64,000 bases of DNA from Tubiluchus corallicola (lineage: Eukaryota > Animalia > Priapulida), in NCBI GenBank assembly GCA_030141605.1, contig JAQGDQ010000747.1, forward strand, positions 1 to 64,000, given 5' to 3'. A program made the position numbers and the translations under genes. Positions 1 through 12,200 of the stretch are shown one piece after another (the first letter of the stretch is position 1; the number at the start of each line of letters is the position of its first letter). The notes below the pieces were generated by a model that worked only from the letters and a program-made list of their open reading frames with translations, did not search any database and was not told the origin of the DNA.

Positions 1-215
1 GTTGTGGTGGCACAGTAACAAAAGCTTCTAAATTCAAAATAGCGGGTGTGATCGCATGCACTAGCGTTGTCTTTTTGTCATTACGAAGTTAGCATCAATA
101 GATTAATGCCTCAACTAGATTATTGGGCTAAAATCAACATCATTGTATGTTTATGCACTAATCATACTTTTATGTTACTTGCATTCACCTATTATCAAAA
201 AAATTGTGTTTTTAG

Positions 216-3200
216 TTTTCACCGGTTGGGAATCACAGAATAAGTATCGAATTTGCAACACATTGGGACAGCAAGTTTACTTTGCAATTGAAAGTATGTA
301 TAAAAATACGAATGCACTTATAGACATCAGTTTCAGACAATGATTTCACATCACAGATACATTTGTTTTGAAATTTCATGGCTTCGTGTATTATACAGGC
401 ATGATATAAGTTTCCTTTTTTATCTTAATATAAAAGTTATGTCTGAGCTTCTGGGGTTTAGATTTTTAAGTCTTACACCTAGGCTGTTTTGGTTTGACAA
501 AATCGTTGAGGGAGTTTTAGTTCCAGTATAGAGGTTAATCACATTAAATGCAAAAGATTGTCCTCGCTTTAAGCATAAACAAAAAAAAATCAAAAATATT
601 ACTTGCATGTACATTCAGTGGCAAAAAAATTTTTGTAGCCCATTTTAATTTGTTTTGTATTTTTCATTCTTTTAGAGTCTGATATATGTGGGCGCCAATG
701 CTGTGGAGGTGTTCGAGACTTTACGATGAGTATTGTCGACAATGCTGGAAAAGAGGTCATACATTTGGAACGTCCTTTATCAGGAACTTCAATGTCTTGT
801 TGTTGCTGCTATGACTGCTTGCAGGTAACACTTCAAATCATAGAGTTAGTGAGTTTAATTTCAGTACTAGCAAAAATTTTGTTTTTATTAAAGACTGTCT
901 TGTCATTCATAATTGCAACTATGTTTATCCTTTAAGAATGAATGTCATTTTTTAATTGAGAGGCAGTGTTTGTCTTGCAAAGTTTTGCAAAATCTGTTTT
1001 GTAACTATGCTTGTTTGTTAAAAAATGAACTATTACATGTTTTTAATTAACAACAGCACTGTTGGCTAATATACTGTACTGTATAATTTCTTTCACTGAA
1101 CTCACAGTGTAGGCCACATTTAGTGTGAAAACCTTAAATTTTAAATTTTTTTCTAGTGAGTTTATGAAAATATTTTGTCAACTTTTTTTAATATAATAAA
1201 AAAGTCAGGTGAATTAATGCCACAGCGGTTTGAAGTTCTATTGTTTCAAATGAGATTGATATTTTAACCTAAGAAATTTGTCAATTAAAAATAATTTTTG
1301 CATCTCACAAGCTAGTTTGTATGTCATCTAATAAAAAAAGACATTTGGTACAATAATCAATTGAAATTTCGTTATTATTATTTGTCACACTTTGATACTA
1401 AAAACTTAATGCACAAGAAAACCCTCCACTTACATAAAGCTTAAAAAAATTGTCTGGAAATTTTATACCACTTACTATAATTTCGTATACATGGCTTGCA
1501 TCAGCCGTGAAGCTGTATAAAACGTGTAAATTAAAACTCGTGTGAGTGGCCTAGTGAGTGGAGCACCCTGGAGGGTGAGTCAGCAACATTCTACCAATTG
1601 GCACAAACATGTTAAATTATTAGTCTAGTTACATAAGTCTTTACAGCAGGTAAGTGAAATGCTAAGTAATATAGATTTGCACGGAAAGTTTTTTGGGTCA
1701 TAATTTAACATTGCCTTTTCTTCAACTGATTTACATGGCATAGTGACGTCATGTAATGGCGCCGTTGGAACAGTATTGCGGGAGATTTAAAATGAAAACA
1801 ATTGAAAATTCGTTTCAACTTTATGTGCATAAAATTGCTGTAAAGTAGTCTAATTTTTTAAGGCAATTTTTCTGAAACCTACTTCAGGTGCCCCTTTTCT
1901 TGTCCTTTAATATTATTATGAATATACACTAATTTCTTATTATTAATCGTAGGAAATGAAGATTTATGCACCACGAGGTAATCTTTTGGGAACAGTTCAT
2001 GAAAACTTTGACTATTGTACACCTCGTTACTCAGTGTATGATGCCAACCATCAAGAAATATTTAAAATAACTGGTGATACTTGTGCAATAGCGTGCCTAG
2101 GTGGCAATGTCAATTTTGAGGTAATTGTTTTGTTTTGTGTAAAATCATGGCAAATTCAATTCAGTTTTCACACTTTATGTTTTCTGTCTTTTATACTTTC
2201 ATCCTTTGTCAAAGTGATTTGTATTCTGTTTTGTTTTCGTAGCACCTTCCAATTTTTTTTACCAGTTTATAGGATCCTAGTTTTTTATTCTTGCTTTGCT
2301 AATTGCATTTTTCATCATTGTTCTTAACAAGTAATAAGATTATTACATAAGCTGTCACTACATAAGCAAATAATCGATTTACATCTCCTAAAAATATTTC
2401 TTACTATGTCGTAACATGCACAAAAATAAAGTTTTTATTTAATAAAAATTATTGCTAAATACTATGCATTTATGTGCAACAAACAATTTATTAACTTTTA
2501 ATTAGAGATTCCACTTTTTGTTTGCCAGGAAATTTACGTTTTAATTGATGTACTGTGACATATCTTTACAATCACAAGTTTTTAGACTGTTTGCTACTCA
2601 GTTCTGAATAGCACAGGCATTTGGAATTTCTTCTGTTATTTTCACACTTTCTAAATAAATTTCTCTCAGTTAGAAGATTATTCATTGTTATAATAAATTT
2701 GAGAAAACTGACAAATTCATGCAGTGCTTCTACATATAAAATGTACAATATTGATAAAAGCTTACTTGTTTTGTTGTTAAAATTTGTGTACATTTGGTTT
2801 GTTTGTTTTGTTTTTGTTTGGTTTTAGTTTTTTTAGTTTGTTTTTACAAACATTGTATGACATACTTAAAATCTACATGTTTATCTTTTGTTGATAAACA
2901 TCTATATATATATGTAATTAAAGGTGGCATCATCAGCTACTGGTCAAGCAGTGGGTCGAATTCAGAAACAGTGGACTGGCCTCTTACGAGAAATGTTCAC
3001 TGATGCGGACAATTTTGGACTCACATTTCCAATGGATTTAGACGCAAAAATGAAAGCCATTTTGCTCGGTGCACTATTTTTAATTGTAAGTGTTATAATT
3101 CAATTGCTTTTTAATTATAGCTTTAATTTTGCACTTGTGTGATTAAGTGAAAACCTTTACAACTTTTGCTGTTTTTTTCTGTATTTACATCATTTGTTGT

Positions 3201-3924
3201 AGTCTGTAAATCTGCAATTCAAAACATTATTTACATTTTGAATATACTAACGATATGTTTTCTTCTTATTTTTGTTGAACAGCTATCACTGTTCCACCCA
3301 CGTACTTCCTGCTAAATATTATGTAAAATGTGCTAGATCCATTATCATAAGCAAAATACATTTCTGTACTTTATTATGAAAAAACTGCCAAATCGTATTT
3401 AGTGACAATTTCTGTGCTGCGTACAATTGAGAAATCTACAATATACATGCTGCTTTACAAAGAATGGGTTATCACAGCAGTGGAAAAATTTTATGAAAAG
3501 GACAAAGAACAATTTCTTGCGACACATCGGTTTAGGGGAAAGGCTGGGAAGATATAAATTTAGTTGTCATTACATATATATACACTATCGCTGTGTGTCC
3601 CATTGTGGCTAAGTTCTTCTACAAGTTACTGCTCTGAGTAGATTACACTTGTTATTGAGTTAGGTTCCAGCTCTGCCACAGTCGTCAGCATCAGTAGCAC
3701 TGCTTTGAGTACTTGATGCTGCCTGCAGTGTGCCAAACTGCACATAAAACAAATTAAGCTATTGCTGAGTTTCTTTCAATAATTGAAGAGTTTAAAACAT
3801 ATCCACTTTCCTGACACACCATTATTAATCAAACTAAGAATTCACATTTTTGTACAGCAACAACTGCACTGCACTAACTAAATCTTTTTTGCAGGATTTT
3901 GTCTATTTTGAGCAAAACAACTAA
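216..3924 (+). CDS. PLSCR: Phospholipid scramblase (PLSCR family), 3' five coding exons; the 5' exons lie upstream of the window
   Basis: Exons 216-293, 676-824, 1953-2120, 2924-3085 and 3895-3924, all AG/GT-bounded and phase-compatible. Joined translation: [60 protein letters not shown]...[16 protein letters not shown]...GNVNFEV...[53 protein letters not shown]. It contains the scramblase Cys-rich segment and the DADNFG...D Ca-binding motif. The paralog number is not assignable. Confidence 0.95.
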
Positions 3925-5880
3925 GAACAAAAACCCTTGGTAAGTAATTATAGTGTTTTGCACATTTTGCACTGCCTTTGCTGCTATTGCTGCTGCTAAC
4001 AGCTGTTTACTCACTACAGCTGTACGGCCTGCCATTGATAAAAGCAAGTACTATTGTAACACTTCCAACTACAATTAAACTGCTACTTTTCGTAAAAATG
4101 CCTAGTGGCTACCTTCAAAATAAGGTAAAGTTATAGTAGTGACTGAAGGTGGCACGAGTGTCAAACTAAAGGCCTAGATGCATATCGAATTTCAGAAATG
4201 CTTATGAGTGAGAACTAATGCAATTTTGTGGAAGTGCATCTTTAACATTTGTTTTTTACCACATGTCTTCAACTAATTCCAAGACTGTTTCATTTTTGTC
4301 AATACTGGTAATTGGCATAATTTAATCCTTGCTACTATTATATCACAGTGCAAAATTTTGTCATCATGGTGGCACATTCAACTTGGTTAACTGCTAAATG
4401 TGTTTATATTTGTAGTGTTATGATTTGCTTTGCATCTTCAATTTAAAGAGGAGGCTGATGCAATATTTGAATCTCGTAAATGTGCTCGTTGTTTATCTGA
4501 TGCCTTAATCGTGGATGTCTAACTACGTATGAGCTTAGAAACTTTATTATGCTCTATAGGTATAATTTTTATATAACATTAATGGAGTCCATTTTGACTC
4601 GGGTTTACTTGTAAGTTCACCATTGTATTATACACTACCTTTTTTTGTACGCATAATCTATTTTGTTAAGTCAAGCTAACATAAATATTTGCAATTACGA
4701 AAAATTGCTTGTGAAAATGTCACGGACTTTGGAGAAACCTTACATGTCATATACCATGTTTGATTCATAGTTCTAGTAACGTATACTGCATCAATGTTTT
4801 GGGACTCTGTCATCTATTCTAAGATAAATAAATTCCTTCACTTAAATTCTAATAATGTAAGGAGCTAAATTTGTCTAGTTAAACATAGGTAACAGCCCTA
4901 TATAGTACTATGACTTTATATAGTTGATAGTTGATGGATGTACCTTATCTTCTTGTAGTTGTAACTGAAATATCTTGGGCTCACTGAATGTGACATTTTT
5001 CCTTTGAGTTAATGTAAATCTTCATAATTTTAGTTGCAAAATATAATTAGGATTTGTGGTTGAAAATGCGTGCGGTAAATAAGTTTCATGTTTCTTTTGA
5101 ACTTCAGTGTTTCTGTAAACATGTAGTGATATTAACGGCATAATATTTTGCTTTTGCTGAAATACTAAAGTAACTTTTTAGAATTGTGCTGCTTGCTTAT
5201 TTGCATTTAATTTAGTATATTACTAGCTATTTTTGTAGTTTGTTATAAACAGGTAAATTAATACTGAGCACTATTAATTGTTGTATCCCTGCATCATCAT
5301 TGAAATAATTTAAGTTGTGTCTAATGTTTCACGTATTCGTTTGATTAAACCTTTTATTATAAGTTTCCATTATTTCTGTATTATATCTAATTTTTTTTTC
5401 TTTAGTCACATTATGATACTGACAGAAGTCTGATCTGAAAATGTCTTGGCAAGTGAGCCAAAAAGTCTTAATACTTTGTTATTTTTAGGCATTTTGTTGT
5501 GGTGTTATGTATAGTCATGCCTGATTTGTACTTCATCCATTCTTGTTTGTGTTGAAACAGTTCAAAGAAACTCGCATCATTTTCTTTGTCTTTCTACTTA
5601 AAATTAGCAGAACAGAAATTTATTAACAAAGAGCTAACTTTATTGTGTTAGAGATTTATGTGCTCATTTTCCTGTTTTTTGCTTATTTAACAACCGAGGG
5701 GGCATTTAAACTTCTGATTTGTGCTACCCAGTATTTGTCTTCATAGTCCAGAATTTCGTGTAAGTGTTCAAACACATTTTCTGGAACGACACACTCAGTG
5801 ACTGTGACTGTGCTCATGTTTTATATACTCGTAAGTGAACGAAGATAGGCAATGAGCCAGTGAGGCTTAAACAGTTTTTG

Positions 5881-5886
<6 letters not shown>

Positions 5887-5960
<74 letters not shown>
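5887..5960. repeat. (TA)n microsatellite
   Basis: Uninterrupted TA dinucleotide run of about 74 bp. Confidence 0.98.
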
Positions 5961-5961
<1 letters not shown>

Positions 5962-8897
5962 CCTAAAATATACTTAAGATTACCATATGTATGTGTGTGG
6001 TGTGTGCGTGTGTGCATATCCACTTAGCACTAGTATAAATCTAATAGTTTTCTCATTTCCATTAATACAAAATAAGGAATTTTACTTGTCTTGGACAGCT
6101 ATTTAAATACAAGCCTTGCAGTTGCTTTTGCTTGAACAATAGCATTGTTCTTCTCAGTGCAACATGAGTACCGCATACGAGTACGGCACATCGCAAAACT
6201 ATAACATGGCTTATTGGTTATAAAATGTGCTTCTCGAGTTTCAGAGATTGTTTTTAATAATTCTTGATGAAGATAAAAACTTGAAAAGCATCAGAAGTTT
6301 TGTGCTAAAGCATTTCTTTATGTTTATGTATTAAAAATATTTCATAAAAATACGTTCACTTTTTTCTAATTTTTTCTAGAAAACGGGTGGGGCATTTACA
6401 CAACAGACACCTTTCTTTCTTTGAATATTAGTTTATTGTCTAAATATATTGTCGTTTATATACTTATATTTTTTAAGTAGAAAAATATACTTAAGATTAC
6501 TATATATATATATATATGTGCATTATTATTATTATTATTATACTATATGTTTATATAATGTATGCCTGTTTTATGTGGTAATTGTTGCTTTTGAATTTGT
6601 TATTTAGTCCAATTTGAAATTCAGGGTGAATGTGTAAAATATACATATAAGATAATCAGAAATAATCATGAATAAAAATATTTTTCATTTATGTGCATGT
6701 AATTTAAAATGTAATTAAAAAACATCAATATTAATCTCCGTAGAGTTCTACGTATGTGACGCCATGTCTATAGGTTACGTACTCTGAGTCTCAATGTCTT
6801 GAAAAGCAGGCACGACCGCCCTATAAACGAGGTGTAACACGTGGTTCTGGGGTTCTATAGTGTTAGATAATTTACTATTAGAATCCTGGAGTCGGGCTAA
6901 GGCATTGTTGTTTCATACGGGGGCACGCGGAACCCGAGCCTAGGAGTCTTAATGAGCTAGTAATATTCGATGGTAGATAGAATACCAAACCAACTATTAA
7001 GCTGTATATAACAAAATTTAATTGATAACCAGGAGAACGGAAATAGTCAACAATAACAATTAATCACAGTACAGCAAATATATTCTCTAGTCTAATAATA
7101 GAGAAGGGAGGTGTTAGTGGGGGTAGCACGTGCAAATGATGACGCACTCTCGATGACGGCAATCCAACGATGACCATATAGAAACGGAATTATGCTAGCT
7201 AGCAAACGCTGAGCAAAAGTACAAAAGCCTTGTCTTACCAGACACTCCATGAACATTGTGTGAAACGGCAGCTGCTAACCTGTGGGGTAACATCCATGGA
7301 TTTACCACTATGGTTTGCTCCACCAACAATGGACTGTCCACCATAAACTTTAGCGCAGGTTTTCACGACTCCTCGGATAATGACGGTAACGGTAGCCACC
7401 TCATCAAACCAAAACAACGTACTCAACATAGACCCGTCAGCACTGTAAACAATGGCTGTTGACAGAAGAAATAGTGACGTCTACTGCACTATAACATCGA
7501 CGATGCTAATCGACATTTTTGACTGTCTTTTCACAGACATGTGAAAATCAGACGATGGTCATTTTACGTGACCTAGGCCTTTCAATAACGGCCGACTGAC
7601 TGCCAGGTTGCACGTCTCAGACTATAGCTGTGACGTATGTATCATGTACATTTCACACCTGTACGGGTTTCACACATTTGAAATAAGCCGCAAGTATCGC
7701 AGGTATTGCAGAACACAACCATAAGATGAGGGGGTGTTAGTAGGACTCCTACACTACTACACTAATTACTCTAACAATACAGTACTACTATAGTGACTAA
7801 TTTAATGTAAGCAAATTACACTAGCAAGTGCTACCGCTATCACTATAAAGAACTTGACTGTGAAATGAAAAGGTGACAAACAAGTAAACAAAAATATCGT
7901 AAATAATAGATGGTTTGTCACAACGTAGTTTCAAATTGTCCGTCCACTTGTTTTAATTGAAACCTTGAACTATTTTGCAAAGCCAATTTTATGCAATAGT
8001 ACAAAATTTATGTTCTTATATCTCTAGCAGCTATAGTGCTAAAAATAAAAATGGTTCACTGTCAATTAGTGATTTCTATTGTTGGGATTTAGCTTTTTTT
8101 GTAATTGTGGATCTGTAGTTACTGCACAATTATTTTGCATGTACAAAGATTTCATACAGGATAATTTGTTCTTATCGCCATGCCTTACTAGTAATAAGAA
8201 ATTTCAGCTTTTAATAGAAAATTATCAAAAGCCTTTTGTACTTTTTCTGATGACGCCATATTGCTCTAAATTATTATAAATCTCGTGTAGTAAAAAGACC
8301 TGAAAACATACTCATAACCTTATACACAATTAGTATGAAACCCATAATATGCCTTTAAACTCAATAGAGGGCATACTTTTATAGCATCCCTCAGGCTTTG
8401 ATGGTCGAGTGAGGGTGCTAGCTGGTAGTTTTGAGATGCCACACTGTGGGATCATGTGAATACACGGTTCAAGGCACACAGCATGTTTTGTTAACCACTG
8501 GAGTACTGGAAAGTTGGGATGGTAACACAGTAGCAAGATGGAGATCTTTCTATCGAGACAAACGTGAACTTGTTTGCGTGAAGTTTTGTGCGAATTAAAC
8601 TTGTGCTTTTATTCAACTTGCAGAAGATTTGGGACGCGCAGGACGCAGTGAGTGTGTTTATGTAAGGAATTTTCTCCTTTTCTAAGATTTTGAAGTTTTG
8701 TGTAAATGCAAAGAAAAACATGTTTGGAATGTAATGACTTTAAATGCACATGACTTTTTCTGTATTTCAAATAATACACTGCGTAAGTTTGCTTACATAA
8801 GTTTTACGTGATACTTTTCTCCGCAGCTGATTTGTTTTCTACTTGCATTATTGATACTTTTCCATTGCAAACTAAAGAGAAATCAGTTTGATACCTC

Positions 8898-8945
8898 TTT
8901 GACAGAGATATGAAACTTTACGTTTGACAGAGATATGAAACTTTA
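8898..8945. repeat. 25-bp tandem duplication
   Basis: TTTGACAGAGATATGAAACTTTA occurs twice with a 25-bp period. Confidence 0.9.
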
Positions 8946-9285
8946 ATTATTTCAGCGTTCAGTATGTCTTCATTAAATTTAATCTAAAATATATTAACAC
9001 ATTGCTTTAACTGCTAGTTTGGAGGAAACAAAAATTTGACGGTTAACGAACTATTAAAGTTGTTTTTGTTACCATTCTTGATAAAGTTTCGAGTAAAAAA
9101 ACGCCATTTTTGCAGAACAAAAAATAAGTCTGCATAAACCATGAGCAAACAAAACAATAGTACAAACACAAAATTTTGTAATGGAACATTGTGTACTGTT
9201 AAAAATTAAATATAATTTGCAGTTATGAGCTATTTTGATATTAATAAGTTTTTCTTTTACAGGTGAGTTTCTTATAAAACTTTCT

Positions 9286-12200
9286 ATGATGGGTACAACA
9301 TTGAGTGGACTTGGCTTTTTTTGGGCATTTGTGTCCATGGTAACTGCCACCCTTAGCTCAACTGGATACTATCTGCCTTACTGGTTACACGGCACTATGT
9401 ACAATTCTACAGATGTGTACTTTGGGACATTTCGCCGTTGCAACTATCCGAAAGTCTCGGACACTGGCAGTATAATTATCGTAGAAGAGTGTGGAAGGTA
9501 CACATCATTTTCAGACATTCCCAGTTTATCATGGCAGATATGTACGATTTTGATAGGCGTGGGCTGTGGACTACTCTTACTTGTGGGCTTCACCACTGTC
9601 TTTGCTTGCTGCATTAGTGATGTGGTTAGTAAAGGTGCGGCCAGAGTGGGTGGAGGGCTTCAGTTATTAGCAGGTAGGTGCACTTCATTCGAGATGTATG
9701 ACTTAATTTAAAAATACAATAAAGAAGACTTGTTCCTTTTTACTAAAACCACCTGTACATGTAAAGAAATGTGCGGAATATCTCACACTGCCACCCAGGA
9801 CGCACAAACTAGGTCTGACCACCTTACCTCAAACACTTCGAATAAGAATGAGATGTATCATCAAACAATTTTCTAGAGTTACAAGGAAAACTACATATTT
9901 CCAGTGAAAGGTTTTTTTATACTTTTGTTGGTCCAGTGTCTGTTGTTAAAGAATTAGCCTTGATAGGATTTATGTTTTGCCACAACTATAAAGTAGACCT
10001 GCCATTAAATGCTGGAATCCAGTTTATAACAGGCCATATTTATTCTTGCAAATATTTTTTATTAAAAGACGAAATTTTATTTGTCAAACTCTAAACCAAT
10101 GTAACAATTTTTTAGATTAAAACTTAAAATGGCAGACATAGGTTGCACACTTGTGTGTTTTTTACATTTATATAGACAACATTAATTCAAGGGTTCTGTC
10201 GGCTTGTGGCGCAATTTGAATTCAGCTCTATTGCATACTAAATCCTCCTGGAGCTAGTGCTGCTTAACTTTGAAGTTGAAAGTAGTATTTAGCAAAAATG
10301 CTGCACTGGAGTAATAATAAAACTAAGACATTTCACCGGACAGAAATCGACGTATGGTTAGTTTTAAGTGCGTTTAGGCCTTAGGGCATGGTGTTTGGCA
10401 ACCATTAGTGAAAAAGTCAAAACCATTAGGCCAACATGTTTTTTGTCATAGTTCCTGCGATATATTTTTTCAGTGCTGAGCTTTAATTACATCCAGATCA
10501 GGATGTAGTCGTAGTCTAGAATTTTCAGCGCCGTTTGTATAGATTTTGTTTAGCTAAGTCCTCTTCAGCGAGTGTAGAAAGCGGTTATCTCTACTTGGCA
10601 TTGAACCCTCGGGGATGTTTCACTCGTTATTGGCTAGTAGCCGATTATTCTTACATTATTCTAGTGGGACACCTAATTGGTTTATTTAATTATTCGTTTA
10701 GCAGTGGGTACCTAACTAGTGAATGACTTTTTAGCTACATATTAATAAACAATACCGCAAGTATCCAAGAATGATCCAAATTTCAAGGTCTACTTAATGT
10801 CACTTTCTTCTTTTTGCTTTTCTTCCGCTTCTTCTGTACTTTTTCGTTATTCCTTTTATTACCTACGTCACTGCACTTATACACGTTCATTTGTCAATTT
10901 TTCAGTACTACGTGTATGTGTACTGATTATAGCTGAGTATCAGGAAGTGCTTTAATCATGAGCTCAGGAGTGCATAAACTGCAGCAGAAATTGCCTGCTC
11001 ATTAACTGTAAAATTGCAATAATGATCCAATATAAGTGATTAAAAACAGGTTTGTATTCGGGACGATATAAACGGTACGTCTTTCCTTCACTTTTGTTCT
11101 TTCTTTGAATTTTTGCTTCCTTCCTTTCTGCTGTTTTATTAGGTCACAAATTTACAATTGAGTTTTGCTTGACACCTCTTATAGAAAAGAAACTAAATCT
11201 TTAACGCATGTCAGAGTCGTCAGGTTTTGAGAGATAGATCCTTGTTCTACATGAGTATTAGTCTGATGATCGCCACATAAAATTATTTTACAAGACTCTG
11301 AGTATTGAATTTGTAAATACTTTGAATAATTCATGGCTTGGTGTTAGATTGGGTAGCTATAATCGAATGTATATTGTTGTGCTTACAAATAAAGACGGCG
11401 AAATTTACGTGTAACTACTATTTTTTGTATAATACGTCACGAGCAACTACTTTCGTGAGAGTATGGCAGATCGCCTCTAGAAGCGTCATGTCATCTTTAC
11501 GTTGTGTTTGCATTATAGTACAGGGTAAACTGGGTAATCGAATAAAACACATATCATATATAAAATCTATTAAAAATCGCATTTGGGCTTAAACCATGCA
11601 CATGTACAGCTATACCCGATTAATTCCAAATAATATGTGATCTCCCAGTTCGTTGCTAATTTGCAGTTTTAAATTTCAAGTTCCTGTCTACCATTTCTTG
11701 CTTGTATAATTACTTATACAGCTAAAGGTTTTCTAATACATGTGATAAATAAAACAATAAAATATAAATTTAAAGCATTACTAATCTATTAGAAAAACTA
11801 TGAATGTTGGCTCGACTTCAGAACTCTGCAATGCAAATTCATAAATTAAGCTAATCTACTGTAACAGTCTACAACATTAGCAGTTTAATAATGTAGATTA
11901 AATTAAATTAATGCCTTAAGCTAATAAATGCAATATGTAGTTCTCGGCTGATTTACATTTTTGCACTCTGTTATTTGCAGAACATTTCCTGTACTGTAGA
12001 TCAAACATCGTGCATTGTAATGGTAGAAAAATATTATTTCTAAACAGGGTCGTATTTCCTGCTATGAAAAGCAATGAATCACCCATTAATGTCTAATAAA
12101 TTTAATTAACTGAGCCTCTGCAATTAAATAGAAAGCTCTATAACGCGCTTGCTTTGATAACCTTCTGAAATATTGGCGCATTGCCAAGGTACAGTGAATA

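Noticed and set aside
1105-1900. Possible Kolobok-like element in a scramblase intron (right end TCAGGTGCCCCTTT)
   Set aside because: No convincing left TIR or TTAA duplication found.
11338-11628. Degenerate inverted ends (TTGG..TTA.AT.GGGTAGCT) suggesting a MITE
   Set aside because: Needs several gaps and mismatches and has no TSD; too weak to call.
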